Source: a virus
Lineage: Duplodnaviria > Caudoviricetes
Reading direction: 5' to 3' (one strand)
DNA length: 64,000 nucleotides
IMG/VR virus record: IMGVR_UViG_2882504083_000001
Span: 10,772-74,771 of that record
Shown here piece by piece: positions 12,205 through 23,400 of this stretch. The position numbers and the translations under genes are program-made. Numbering within the stretch: position 1 is the first letter of the stretch; each line of letters begins with the position of its first letter. A model generated the notes under the pieces. That model saw only the letters and a list, made by a program, of their open reading frames with translations. It did not search any database and was not told the DNA's origin.

Positions 12205-12642
12205 TTAGTTAAACGCTTCCATTGGTTCCCAATCGACAAGTTCGAATTCGATTTCGCGGCCAGAGAGTTCGTTATTTGAAATTCCGAATCCTTCCGTATT
12301 GACTGCACCCGTAAGAAGACCGACACGCTTTCCAGAAATCTTGTCGATTACCAAAATGTCGTAGAGATCGTCCGCGTGTTCATCGTGATACGTATCGATT
12401 TGAACGACTCCTTCGAGAGCGGTTTTAAGAATATGAAACTCGCCGGATGCTGTCCCCTGCCAATCTAACGATTTAAGTCCTTTGGGTTTTCTCGTTCCGA
12501 TTGCTTGAATTCTCTCTTGGTGATTGTTTATATTCACGCGGAGGGACTTCATAAATCCCACCGCTTGCCCATTTATTTTTACTACCGCGTCATTTCCTGT
12601 AAGAACTGCTGGATTTGGTCTAGCTGATTTTGCCACGATCAA
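12205..12642 (-). CDS. Tail tube protein
   Basis: 145 aa directly after the sheath gene; KINGQAVGF...ERIQAIG pattern typical of myovirus tubes. Confidence 0.8.
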   Translation of the reverse strand: MIVAKSARPNPAVLTGNDAVVKINGQAVGFMKSLRVNINNHQERIQAIGTRKPKGLKSLDWQGTASGEFHILKTALEGVVQIDTYHDEHADDLYDILVIDKISGKRVGLLTGAVNTEGFGISNNELSGREIEFELVDWEPMEAFN

Positions 12643-14471
12643 CCTCCGTTACTCGTGCCGCGCACGACATCGAGGTTGATTAGGAAAAACATATAATTGA
12701 TCGGAGTTACGATCGTGCCATCAGGGAAGACGAAGTAGATAACATCGCCGTCGCGCCGAATATCGAAGTCTTCTCGAAAGGCGGGTTCACCCGTGTAAAT
12801 GTTTCTTGTAAGCCAGCCGTATTGACCAACGTATACGTTTCGAAAACGCTGGATGACCGCGGTACGTATATCTGCGTCGGTAAGGTTCGAGCCAAGAGCG
12901 GAAGGGTCTGTTGGAACCTCACCGATAAAAGTGGAATCAAGCCACTCTCTGAAATCTTTTACAAGAGCGAGTGCCGTGCAGATCGTCGAGGCTTGATTCT
13001 TGATTAAGTTTTGATTTTGATACGAGGTGACAGCGAATTCAATTTTGTAAGGACCACCGTTCGGTTTTCGAGTAATCACAAGTCCACCGGCGCGCAAAAC
13101 TTTTTTTATATGCGTTTTTGTTAGCTTCTCCGGGGCATCGACAAGGTTTAAGTCTTTGTATGTGACTGTTTCGCGGACGTTCGCGCTAGCTTTGATTGCG
13201 TTGTGAAGAACCGCAGTCATCCAACCCGGATACGTTTTAAGATTTATGCGATCGGATGCGTAACGCGTAACGGGTGAAAATCCTAATACTAAATATTCTG
13301 AGTTAGTCCCTTTTATATCATCGATTCTTTGATCGATGGATCGTGTTAGGTCAAGACCAGCACCTCCGAACCTTTCATCCGCTCCCTCGGGTGAGTTCGC
13401 GTTTGCAAGTTTGTCTGCAAGATACAATACAACGCTTGGAAGTGATGTACAGACGTTGATGTAAAAGCCTTTACATAGCTCGGTATCGAAAACGGTATCT
13501 ATCGCGTCGAGATAGGCTTGCGGTGTTACGACTCCTGTATTTCCGCCCGAAAGATAGGCAAAAGCGGCCATATCCGCGAGAGGTTTTCTTACAGGACCGG
13601 ATTGAATCTCGGCAAGACCGTTACCTAAAAAGAATTGTTCCTGTCCGTAAAGAAGTGACTTTAGAACAAAAGGAGATGATTTTACATCTACGTTCTCTGA
13701 AACTAGAAGGTGATCGAGTGTTTGAGTCTTCTTGTCCGGCGATGAAAGAAGAGTGATTTCGTATCCGGTTCTACTCGAAACAAAACCTACAACTTCTTGT
13801 AAAGTTTCGTAGTCTTTAACAGGAACGACTAAATCGCTAGATCCGTCAGTTGGAGCGGAACCCGAAAGAGTAATTCTTAACTCGTTCCCATCAAAGGAAA
13901 GTGCAGCGTTTCCAGCATCTCCTGTGTAACGAATTCTAAGTTCGTTTGCCTCAAGAGGAGTCGAGGTCTGAATTCCTACCGCGTCCCCGACCTGTAGAAT
14001 CGTTCCACCGCTCGTAATACGAAATCGAATTTGATTTCCTCTCGGACCCGGAATGATCCCTTGTACTACGGCAGTAGTCCCCGCGAGTGTGGTGTTTGCG
14101 GTGAATGACGCGCGAACGTTAGGCGAAATATTGATCGCCTTAATCGTTTGCGGACCCGAAGAAAATCTAGAATCTTTGGAGGGCGAAAAAGCGGCAATAA
14201 CCGCATCTGCCAAATCTCCGGAGTAGAGAACCGAGCGCGCTTCGTCGGCTCCGCTAAATTCAAGAATTCGTTTAGAAGTTTCTAGACTTGAATCGTTTAC
14301 ATCGAAACCGTTGTCAGCCGGTCCGATTAAAACGAGAGTATTAAGATCGGGAGAAATTCCCGCGCTTTGTGATTTTGTACGAAATGCGCCTCTTGCGCCC
14401 GGTTGAATAAATCCTCTACCAAGAAATTCAACGTCTCTTGTTCCCAAACAACCCCCTCCAGACCTCTTCAA
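12639..14471 (-). CDS. Contractile tail sheath protein
   Basis: 610 aa with FIQPGARG, LIGPADNG, SGDLADA..AAFSPS and YLSGG; C-terminal ALALVKDFREWLDSTFIG and TPINYMF. Confidence 0.85.
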   Translation of the reverse strand: MKRSGGGCLGTRDVEFLGRGFIQPGARGAFRTKSQSAGISPDLNTLVLIGPADNGFDVNDSSLETSKRILEFSGADEARSVLYSGDLADAVIAAFSPSKDSRFSSGPQTIKAINISPNVRASFTANTTLAGTTAVVQGIIPGPRGNQIRFRITSGGTILQVGDAVGIQTSTPLEANELRIRYTGDAGNAALSFDGNELRITLSGSAPTDGSSDLVVPVKDYETLQEVVGFVSSRTGYEITLLSSPDKKTQTLDHLLVSENVDVKSSPFVLKSLLYGQEQFFLGNGLAEIQSGPVRKPLADMAAFAYLSGGNTGVVTPQAYLDAIDTVFDTELCKGFYINVCTSLPSVVLYLADKLANANSPEGADERFGGAGLDLTRSIDQRIDDIKGTNSEYLVLGFSPVTRYASDRINLKTYPGWMTAVLHNAIKASANVRETVTYKDLNLVDAPEKLTKTHIKKVLRAGGLVITRKPNGGPYKIEFAVTSYQNQNLIKNQASTICTALALVKDFREWLDSTFIGEVPTDPSALGSNLTDADIRTAVIQRFRNVYVGQYGWLTRNIYTGEPAFREDFDIRRDGDVIYFVFPDGTIVTPINYMFFLINLDVVRGTSNGG

Positions 14472-14655
14472 AAGGTCTGTTAGCGATTGCTTTTAGTTCC
14501 GATTTGAATCTCTCCCGGAAGCGGGGAGTAATTGCTTTCCCGAGTTCCTTTTCTTTTTGTAAAAGAAACTCGTTTGCGGTTTGAATTACCGTCGGTTTAG
14601 AATTATTTTTTGGATCCGCTTTTAATTTTTGAAACTGAAGTTCTTCGTCTTTCAA
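14428..14655 (-). CDS. Small phage protein upstream of the sheath
   Basis: 75-aa ORF coupled to both neighbours. Confidence 0.55.
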   Translation of the reverse strand: MKDEELQFQKLKADPKNNSKPTVIQTANEFLLQKEKELGKAITPRFRERFKSELKAIANRPFEEVWRGLFGNKRR

Positions 14656-15428
14656 TGTTTCGTATCACCTAAATCAAAGCCTTCAAAACGAGTTCGGCTT
14701 TTCTTTAGGAATACATCGAACGACTTCGTATCGGGAAATAACCAAGACGGTTTTATTCGAAAAATCGATTTTGTTTGAACAAGTTTTACTTTGATTTCAA
14801 ATCCCCAGAAAGGTTCTGAAAAATCTGTAGTAGTTAAGTTTGGTTCTGTGTCCTCGGGTAGGAAGACGGTTAGTCCCGGAAAAAGAATTGGAAGATCATT
14901 TGCAAGAAGTAGAGTTACGGCGAGTGATGCGTCATACAAAAATTTGTTTGTGTTTCTTCCTGCGTTTCCTGTAGAAAATCCGGTTATATAGACATCGGAC
15001 TCAACGCTTAACTGAATCTGTTGGAAATTTTTGTTTCTGGAAAATTCATCGATAAAAGCTTTTGTAGCAAGTCTTTGACTTTCGGGTAACTGCGAAATCT
15101 CTTCTAAATATCTCAAAAACTGTTCTGAGTTTTGAAAGTGAAGATCGTTTAGTCCTAAAAATTGAGTATGACGCTCGGAAGCGCATTCGATTCCGATTTT
15201 TGGAAATTTTGAATTCGGACCCGTTACGGAGATACCTTCTTGATAGAGCGGATGACCATGAACAACCGGAACATCCAGATTTCTTTTTGAAATCCCGGTC
15301 AAAGGAAGACATTCGCGAAAAAAATTCACGACCGCATCCTCCGGGGGAGCGGGATACGTTATAAGAATCGATCCTTTGTCTCTTCCGTCCTCGCGGCGAA
15401 TGCTTTCTTCTCTAAGACTTTGGTCCAT
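14652..15428 (-). CDS. Putative tail terminator/completion protein
   Basis: Position between capsid and sheath genes; 258 aa. Confidence 0.5.
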   Translation of the reverse strand: MDQSLREESIRREDGRDKGSILITYPAPPEDAVVNFFRECLPLTGISKRNLDVPVVHGHPLYQEGISVTGPNSKFPKIGIECASERHTQFLGLNDLHFQNSEQFLRYLEEISQLPESQRLATKAFIDEFSRNKNFQQIQLSVESDVYITGFSTGNAGRNTNKFLYDASLAVTLLLANDLPILFPGLTVFLPEDTEPNLTTTDFSEPFWGFEIKVKLVQTKSIFRIKPSWLFPDTKSFDVFLKKSRTRFEGFDLGDTKH

Positions 15429-15456
15429 TTAAAAAGTGAAGATAACACTCAAATAT

Positions 15457-16203
15457 TCAAATCGGTTTTTTTCTTTTTTTTAAAAGTTCGAGGATCAGAC
15501 TTTTCGTATCCGATGCGACAGCTTGTTTTAGAATTTTGGATTTTAACGCTTTGCTCACGTCCTCTCTTACACCTGCGAATATTTTTTGAGCGGGAATCGC
15601 CGGTTGAAAAAAGTTTCTACTTTTTTCATTCACGACAACAAACTTTAAATAGGAACGTTTCACATTGCCGTTTTTGTATTTTTGTTCCGCGACAAACGCA
15701 TTTCCCTTACCGCTCATTCCAGGATCTACGCGGTATTTATACTTGTTCCTTGTCACCATTTGACCGTGTGCGTTCTCTTCCTTAAAGGTTCCTATCTTTA
15801 TAATCGCAGAATTGATTGAATTGTGTTTCGGACTTACAGGTGTACCATTTTCGTTTTTCTTAATCGGTACAATCACATACGGTCCATTCTCTCCCTGACG
15901 CGCGCGGCTTCCTCCGAGGAGTGCCGGTCTCATGTCGTAACGTCCCCTCCCCTTCTCAAGAACCGCAAGATAATTGTATTTTCCTTTGTTCGGATGATAT
16001 ACTTGAAACCCACCCGGAATCTTTCTAAGTAAGATCCCTCCCCCGCCTCCGGCTTTGTTCGACATCGCCATCCGTCCCCACCAACTCGGTTTTGCGGAAA
16101 GTGTGCTTGCGATTAAGGAATCTCTGGCCGCCGTTGCGATTTGGTGAAGGACTCTTTCGGTATCCGGGAATTTCCCTTTATTATAAAGCTGTTCGAAGTT
16201 CAT
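15457..16203 (-). CDS. Putative neck/tail completion protein
   Basis: Basic 248-aa protein after the MCP; LEKGRGRYDMRP and YLKFVVV...FQPAIPA pattern. Confidence 0.5.
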   Translation of the reverse strand: MNFEQLYNKGKFPDTERVLHQIATAARDSLIASTLSAKPSWWGRMAMSNKAGGGGGILLRKIPGGFQVYHPNKGKYNYLAVLEKGRGRYDMRPALLGGSRARQGENGPYVIVPIKKNENGTPVSPKHNSINSAIIKIGTFKEENAHGQMVTRNKYKYRVDPGMSGKGNAFVAEQKYKNGNVKRSYLKFVVVNEKSRNFFQPAIPAQKIFAGVREDVSKALKSKILKQAVASDTKSLILELLKKRKKPI

Positions 16204-16230
16204 AAAAAAAGGGGCGATTCCTCACCCCTT
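16204..16230 (-). terminator. Rho-independent terminator after the major capsid gene
   Basis: Minus strand reads AAGGGGTGA-GGAA-TCGCCCCTT followed by a T run, ending directly at the next ATG. Confidence 0.7.
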
Positions 16231-16257
16231 AACCTTTATAAGAATTTGAAATTTAGT

Positions 16258-17706
16258 TTAGATTCGAACCGGAACGTTCGTAAAGACTCTGAATTTTTCT
16301 TCCGCTAAAATCTGTAGAACGCTATAGTTCTCAACGATTCCAAGTCTTGAACGAACCACTCCCCCGGCTCCGTAAGGAAATAGCGTTTTTGTATATCCGA
16401 GAAGTTCGGAAAGAATCAGAGTTCTTGTATCATCCGAAGAAGATTTACTGTTAAAATCTCCCATGACCATAATGGTTGTTCCAGGCAAATCTTCGTTAAG
16501 ATCTTGAACGATCGTCGTAGGTCCGGCGGTGTTTTTTCTCACCTCCCGCATATAGCGGATAAGATTCGAATTTGGTCCTGTTTCTCTAAAGATCGCGTAA
16601 CGTGTCTCAGGTACACCACCCGTTCCCGGAGTAATCGTGAGTTCGGAGGCACCGTTTAGTGGAACCGAAATGGTTTGAGCGGAGGAAGCCTTAGACCAGT
16701 TCTTTAGATCACCGGCACAAACACGGTATTTGTAGTCCCCGACATACGAACCCGTAAACAAAGATCCCGGTACGGAATTCAAAGTGGAAACGGTAAAGGA
16801 AGGCATCGCCGGAGAATGTGTATCGGAGGTCGGTCCTTCTACCCAATGTCCGTTTTGATCTCTTCGAAGTGGAACTCCCCACTCGTGACGATCCATCCAA
16901 ATATCGTCGTCAAAAACGATTACGCCATCTTTTGCGTTAGAATCCGCAACTCCGCTGACAACGTTAGACATTGTTGTTGAACCAGGAGACTGATTGTTAT
17001 TTTGGATAACAATTCCATTGCCGGAACGATCATAAGTCTGGTCATACAGAGCCTTGGTCGCCGGGTGCATCTTCGCGTAATTCGTAAGTCCGAAGTGTCT
17101 GGTTCGGATTTGCGAAGAATAAAACTTCATCTGATCGACCGCCGGAAGAGATCCGCGACAATCGGTATAGAAATCACTTCCTAACGCTTTGATTTGAGTT
17201 TCGAAACCGTCTTGTTCGAGTTTGTTTAGATCCTTTTTCCCAAACCAAATCCGTCTCATTTGGGATTCCATTCCCCGCTTGAGTGCAGCGTTTGATTGTG
17301 CGAGTTCTGGATCTTGCGAGTTATTAACCGTATCTACAACTTTGTTATAACTAAAACCCTCAGCGATATAGTTCACTTCGTTGTAAAGACGTTCGAATAC
17401 TGCGTCTCTGTAGGTTGGTTCGTCTGACTGACCAATATACGAAGAGTTGTACCAACCGCCGCCATGCGATTTGTTTCTGTTGTATTCAGCGATGACCTGA
17501 TTGATATTTCGGCGAGGAGTTTCTTTCAAAAACTTAAAGTCTTTGTCCGTGGAAACGGTTGCGACAAACACCTTGTCAAGCGATTGCATCGAGAGAACCG
17601 CACCCGACGAATTGAAGTCGATGAAAGGTGAGGCTCCGTTTTGTGCGGTGTTTGCTTCAAAAGCTTTTTTAATTTCTACAAGTTGTTCAAATGTGTGTGG
17701 TCCCAC
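16258..17706 (-). CDS. Major capsid protein (SPO1/Twort-like)
   Basis: 482 aa. LSMQSLD, VNNSQDPE, VQDLNEDLPGT and terminal FRVFTNV parallel Herelleviridae MCP motifs (VNNIADP, FVDKNETLPET, WARIKNV), recalled from memory. Confidence 0.8.
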   Translation of the reverse strand: MGPHTFEQLVEIKKAFEANTAQNGASPFIDFNSSGAVLSMQSLDKVFVATVSTDKDFKFLKETPRRNINQVIAEYNRNKSHGGGWYNSSYIGQSDEPTYRDAVFERLYNEVNYIAEGFSYNKVVDTVNNSQDPELAQSNAALKRGMESQMRRIWFGKKDLNKLEQDGFETQIKALGSDFYTDCRGSLPAVDQMKFYSSQIRTRHFGLTNYAKMHPATKALYDQTYDRSGNGIVIQNNNQSPGSTTMSNVVSGVADSNAKDGVIVFDDDIWMDRHEWGVPLRRDQNGHWVEGPTSDTHSPAMPSFTVSTLNSVPGSLFTGSYVGDYKYRVCAGDLKNWSKASSAQTISVPLNGASELTITPGTGGVPETRYAIFRETGPNSNLIRYMREVRKNTAGPTTIVQDLNEDLPGTTIMVMGDFNSKSSSDDTRTLILSELLGYTKTLFPYGAGGVVRSRLGIVENYSVLQILAEEKFRVFTNVPVRI

Positions 17707-18497
17707 TATTTTAGCACTTCCTTATACTCGTTAAGAAATGCTTGAGCGCGATCTGACAGTCTCCATGTAGACTCGAAGTACGCTACGTCTTCGAGTTGGC
17801 ATTTCCCAAGTTCAACGCCTTTAATGATATGATTACTAACTCTTTCGCGGTCAGGACCGGCGATCACGCCAGCTATAACGCCGTTTTTTCCATTTTGTGA
17901 TCTGGTAACGGGATTTTTTTCTGAATTCGGTTTTTCGGAAATTGATCCAATTTCGGATTTAAGCTTTTGAACCGTTGCTGATAGTTCTTCGGTTTCTTCC
18001 GCGCGATCGAGTAAAAGTTCGATTGCGGCCGCAAGTGTCTCTTGACCGGATTTAAGAATCTCTAAAGTACTTTTAAACTCTTGAAAGAAAGCGAGTTTTG
18101 CTTTTTCGATTTCTTTCTCTTTTTCTGCTTCCTCTTTCTTCTTTTCCTTTTCTTTATTCTTTTTTTTCTCGCCCTCGCCTTCCTCCTCATCTTCGTTTTC
18201 TCTTTCAACCTCCGATCCTAATTCGGATTTATTCACCTCCGAATCCTCATCCTCGGAATCGTCGAAATACGCGCTGATTACATCCTCAGCAAAAGATCCA
18301 GCGTCGGAATCGGAGACTCCTTGAGCGACCGCCCACTCTTTTACTTTGTCCGTTTCTGGAAGAACACTTCCCGAATCGAGAAGGGTAGTGACTTTGGAAG
18401 CTAAGGACTGAAGATCCGGTGAACCCGGATTTTCGGACTTCCGTATTGGTTTCGAAGTTAGGCGCGAACGAAGCCTATCAATCGCATCGACTAGCAT
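17706..18497 (-). CDS. Putative scaffolding protein
   Basis: Acidic/charged coiled-coil protein between protease and MCP. Confidence 0.6.
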   Translation of the reverse strand: MLVDAIDRLRSRLTSKPIRKSENPGSPDLQSLASKVTTLLDSGSVLPETDKVKEWAVAQGVSDSDAGSFAEDVISAYFDDSEDEDSEVNKSELGSEVERENEDEEEGEGEKKKNKEKEKKKEEAEKEKEIEKAKLAFFQEFKSTLEILKSGQETLAAAIELLLDRAEETEELSATVQKLKSEIGSISEKPNSEKNPVTRSQNGKNGVIAGVIAGPDRERVSNHIIKGVELGKCQLEDVAYFESTWRLSDRAQAFLNEYKEVLK

Positions 18498-19420
18498 ATT
18501 CTTTCTCCGTTTAATTTTAGAAAAAGAGCGTCGGTGAGATTTTCTAAGTCTTCTCCTTCAATGCTGTATTCCAAAGATAAAATGGAACGAATCAAGGATG
18601 AGCGACACTCCATCCCCTGATTTACTATGCGGTCGTCAATATCGGTGAAAATTAAATCGACGAAGCGGTCTTGCGCGACCGGGTCCGATTGAAAAAGTTT
18701 TGTAAGGAATGCAAGCTTTCGTTCAATGCGAGAAAGCCTATCGATTTCAATGTTTTCTTGGATAGAAGATGTACTGGGTAAAGAAGCGACACCTAATTCC
18801 GACTTTTCAATGTCTCTAAGAAATACGGCTCCTTTAATAAGCTGAACGCTTGTATCTGGATTGATAACCTCTTGAAGCGGAGCTAAGGCACATTTTTTAA
18901 GTTGGATCTTGCGTATCGTTTTTCCTTGATAGTCTTGCGGTTTTGCGTATCCGCTGACCGATGCTCCCCAGCCGTTGAATCCAGCTTGTAACCCTTTTTT
19001 GATTTCTTCGGCAAAACTGTTACCGGGAAAAAGACGTCCTTGGATATAGAGTCCGTCGTTTTTGATTCCAAGACTGGTAGGAAAATCGTCTTTCGTTCCG
19101 ATCTGTTCCGGTGCGCCGATGATTGCTTTTGTCTTCGCGTCTTGAAGAGAGACAAGGGTCGTTCCTGTAAGTTTACCTTCGGATTTAAGGTCACGAATCT
19201 CTTTATCGATTAGGTCTGTAAGATGGTTGTAGTCGAAATATCCTTGCGAAGTGAATTCGCTTCGCATTTCTTTATCTGCATACGCAGATTTAAGAATAAC
19301 CTCGCCTTGTTTATCTTCGCGTTCGGAAGAAGCTCTGACTAAGATTTTGATCGCACCGGTCCTGTCTTCAGGACTGGCTTTTAAAATCTGAAATGGATGT
19401 AAAAACGTAGTCTCATTCAT
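18491..19420 (-). CDS. Prohead protease
   Basis: ASSEREDKQGEVI, GYFDYNH, LYIQGRLF and GWGASVSG; upstream of scaffold and MCP. Confidence 0.75.
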   Translation of the reverse strand: MNETTFLHPFQILKASPEDRTGAIKILVRASSEREDKQGEVILKSAYADKEMRSEFTSQGYFDYNHLTDLIDKEIRDLKSEGKLTGTTLVSLQDAKTKAIIGAPEQIGTKDDFPTSLGIKNDGLYIQGRLFPGNSFAEEIKKGLQAGFNGWGASVSGYAKPQDYQGKTIRKIQLKKCALAPLQEVINPDTSVQLIKGAVFLRDIEKSELGVASLPSTSSIQENIEIDRLSRIERKLAFLTKLFQSDPVAQDRFVDLIFTDIDDRIVNQGMECRSSLIRSILSLEYSIEGEDLENLTDALFLKLNGERIC

Positions 19421-19447
19421 GGAGACTACGCCTATTCTATATTATGG

Positions 19448-19455
19448 AATCGGTG
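19448..19455 (-). promoter_or_regulatory. Candidate late-gene motif CACCGATT
   Basis: 27-nt spacer to the ATG at 19420. Confidence 0.5.
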
Positions 19456-19461
19456 AACTGG

Positions 19462-19797
19462 TTAGTTCAGAAATGTGTGAATCAAAAATAAAATACTGAT
19501 AAGTTCGGTTTGAAGTTGAAAATCAAAATTAAACAAAAATAGAAACTTGTTCTCGGATTCCACAGCCTTTTCTACTTCTTTTTTAACAACATAATCGCCT
19601 CTTAAAAATCGAAAAAGGACGCGGAAATAACTGCATTCATATATGATTATCATCCAGCCTTCCTGCGAAACTTTCAGATATTCCAAATATTTAGCAAAAA
19701 AACCGTCGAGAACCCAAATCCCGTCGTCTCCAATCCATCCGCGCATAGGAAGACCCATATAAAATATCTTGTGAATTTTTTTCTCTTTCAAATCCAT
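19462..19797 (-). CDS. Hypothetical phage protein
   Basis: 111-aa ORF filling the gap and co-oriented with neighbours. Confidence 0.45.
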   Translation of the reverse strand: MDLKEKKIHKIFYMGLPMRGWIGDDGIWVLDGFFAKYLEYLKVSQEGWMIIIYECSYFRVLFRFLRGDYVVKKEVEKAVESENKFLFLFNFDFQLQTELISILFLIHTFLN

Positions 19798-19864
19798 TGC
19801 GCGAGTACATTATAAAACAGTTGAACGTTGTAATTTTTCAAATATTTAAAAGGGATCTATTTTC

Positions 19865-20254
19865 TTAGACTGCGCTCGAATAAAAGAATATTTTTACTTT
19901 CCCTTTCGAACAAATTTTCGGATTCCAATAAACTTTCGCCTGAGTTGTCGATTGAATTTTCTCCAAAACGATTCCCGAATATATTCCGGATTCGGATAAA
20001 TCCAAACCGCTCGCATCAAACCACTTATCCACGGTTATCGAATCCCCGATCGTAAGGGTCGGATTCCCATCAAACGGAATCACGACTTTTACGAATAAAT
20101 GTGAGATTAAAGAATTGATCGCGAGGACGTCCCCCAGGTTGTAACTCCCGAGAGGGCTTGAAAAATCGATCTCTGATTCGGCGACGAATAAATTTTTCAA
20201 TAAAGAATCCTCAAGGAAGTCATCGAACGTATATGGACCGAGGAAACTCGGCAT
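19865..20254 (-). CDS. Putative minor structural or decoration protein
   Basis: Beta-rich 129 aa (VVIPFDGNPTLTIGD...WFDASGLDLSESGIY). Confidence 0.45.
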   Translation of the reverse strand: MPSFLGPYTFDDFLEDSLLKNLFVAESEIDFSSPLGSYNLGDVLAINSLISHLFVKVVIPFDGNPTLTIGDSITVDKWFDASGLDLSESGIYSGIVLEKIQSTTQAKVYWNPKICSKGKVKIFFYSSAV

Positions 20255-20435
20255 TTAGGTTTTAGAAACTTGGTTACGATTTTCACATCGATCAGAATTA
20301 AAAAACATCGATCGAAAAAATCGTACAGTGTCATAAATCAATCGAGAGAAAAAACCGATAGCAAACCAGAAGAGTAGACTTGAAAAAAGTGTATAAAGAA
20401 AAATTCCTTCGAAGATTTCATAATTATTCATATCT

Positions 20436-23400
20436 TCAAGTTTCTTCCTTATAGAATGAAATCGGGTTTTCTTTTTTACTTTCTTTCACAATATCGCTGA
20501 TTGTTTTATAATTTTCTTCTTGGCTGGAAATTCGCGGTGCAGCTTTATCAAACGGCTTTTCAAGTTGAAATTCTGATTTAAAGACCTTTATGAATTCGTC
20601 GAACGCTTTGACTATTCGTTTTCTTTCTTCTCCTTGAGGGTATTTCATCTCATTTTGATACGCTAGAAGCGGGTGCATATCTTCCGTTACCCTATTCGGC
20701 GCAACCAGATAAGTATTTTGCATTCCTTTCTCTGCGAGTTTGTCCTCGACAAATGCTTCAAAACCGCGCGCGAAAAACTCCACTCTTTCAGTGAGATCTT
20801 TGCTCCTCGTTGCGAGCGCGTTATTATAGAATTTCGTATTTGTGCCATCAGGATTTTTATAGATCGCAGAAATCAATTCTCGAATTGGTTTTACAAATTC
20901 ACCTTTGGGATTCATAGAAATAAAGTGACTTCGATCCCGTTTAGAATCTTTTCCGGTGCAGAAATGGTCAAAGAAATGTCCGAATTCGTGCGCCACTGAC
21001 CCGTCCCCATTTGTTTTCGTTACATTGATGATTCTAAAATTGGAACTGTAACTCGCGGATTGTCCCGGTTTACCCCGCGCACCGAAAGCCATATTCAGTC
21101 GTCCTTGAATATTTACTTTTTTTAAATCAATCTCTAACGCGTCTTCTAAATCCTTCATGGAAGCAACAAATCGCGTTATATGGTCTTTGGATGACTTATC
21201 ATCCATGTAATTTCCAAACTGGACGGACCTAAAGCCCCAATCTTCGGAAAGTGCTTTTGAAGAAATTTCACTCGATTGTATTGCTCGCCCGTTTTTTCTT
21301 AATATCACTCCTAATGGTAAACGTTTAAGATTTTTTTGATTTGGATTTAATTGTTTTGTAGACTTCTTTTTCTCAGCCCAAGACCAATCTGAATCTCGAA
21401 CATTATTAAGGGGATATTTTGACCATTCTTCTCTTGTGGGAATATCTTTCTCTTTCGTTCTTTCGAGGAAGATTTTTTTCGCATACTCTTCGCTAAACTG
21501 CGGATTTTTCCTTTGTAATTCTTTTGCATTTGGATACATTTTTAAAAACGAATTTCTTTGAAGTTCAGAGTTTAATTCTAATTTCTCAACATAATCTTTG
21601 TATTTTTTGGAGGCTGTTTCTTCGCTGAGTGGATTGTATCTTAAAGCATCCCTCCAAACCATTATCGCGGGATCTGTTTTTGTGAATAAGAGGTTTGCAA
21701 ATCGATCCCCCATAACCGAAGGAATGAGTCGTAGACCAGGCTTAGAATCATTCACATAATAATATTTGTTCAATAACGAATAAAGTTCTCGATCTATTTC
21801 GTAGGTTTGATTTATTTCACCGCTTACTAACTTTTCAATGATCGTTTCTGTACCAGGAACCGTATTTCCGATGATCTTTTTGTATTTTTCGGCAATTGCA
21901 TTTATAGAATCTTTTGTTTGGTCCGAATTTGAACATTCAGATTGGAATTCTGAAATCTCAGAGCGAATTTTACTCATAAAATCTCGGAGTGTTCTTCTCG
22001 AAAAGGAATTCGCGTAATCAGTAATTTCGGAAATTGTTTTCGCATTCAAGATCGGATCGAGGATTTCTTTTAAGTTTTGAACATACTCCTTTCGTGCATA
22101 ATCAGAATCCGCAGGTTTCGAAGCGATCGCTTCATAAAGCTTCGATTTGAGAAAAACTAAACCACCATTCTCTCCTTTATTTTTGTACTCCGTATAATCA
22201 AACTGCGGAAGAACTCGATCTTTTTTTACGACTCTTTCGGCTGTTGCAGAATCCAGTTTTTCTAAATCTGCATTCTTGAGTAATTTTGCGATCGCGGCCA
22301 TCTCTTTTCGAGATCCCGGCACCCGATCATTAAAATCTTTGAATTCTTTGTTTTTTTCTTTAACATCAAGTATGCTTTGAACTACATTATGTTCAATGTC
22401 GATATTTACGTCCGATTCCTCTTTTTTAATTTCCTCTCTATCGGTATCGTTTGAGACTTGAGCGGCTTGGTTTTGTTCAATCCATTCATTTCCATGTGTG
22501 TCGTGTTTACCCTCTGCATTTTTGTTACCGCGCATCGCTTCGGAAAGAGCGGAAGTTTCCAAAGGAAGATTCGTAACCTTGGTTTCGAAATTACTTTCTT
22601 TATTTGCAGATGTCTCTTTAGGTTTATCAATGACTACGATTCTTGTACTAACCCCTGTTTGTCTAAAAGAGTCGTTACCTTGAAATGATCCCGAAGGAAG
22701 TTGTTCCGCTTCGCCGCCGATCTCATCTAACCAACTTCTAAAATTTTTTGATTTCGAATCCTCTCGGTAAAATGGACCTTCGGACATGATACTTACGAGT
22801 CGTCCGCCCGGTTTCAACAACGAATACGCGTGTTGAATGTGAGCCATATCTTGACCCTTTTCAAACGGAGGATTCATTATAATTCGATCGTAAAGTTTGT
22901 CTTTAAACTCTAAGAAGTCGCTACCAACTAAGTTGAATTCTTTTTTTTGGAGAATTTCTCGTAAGGAACCGAAATACTCGATCGTATCGGGCTTGATACC
23001 CGTTGAGCTTAATATTTCTTCGGAAAGATCTCCTTTCCCTGCGGAGGGCTCCAGTACATCCATGCCGAGAGTAATTTGAGCTTCATTTACAAGTCTTTGT
23101 GCTAACGGTTTTGGGGTCGGGAAGAAACCTGGGATCTTGGCACCAATGAGATTTTCTTCTAATTTTTGGATTTCCCGTAATTTTGGATCCGGTCCTCTAC
23201 CTTGATTCTTTTCAATAAGACCGCGTAAATGTTTTCCCGCATCCTCGATCTTTTTATACGTATCAAGACCGAGGCGGAGCATACTTAATGTTTCTGTGTT
23301 GTATTGATTTACATCTGGTTTTCCCTTAATAAAGATTTCGTATTTAACTTCTCCAATTTGAACCGTATTCTTTGATTTTTTGTCGGCGGGTTTCACATAC

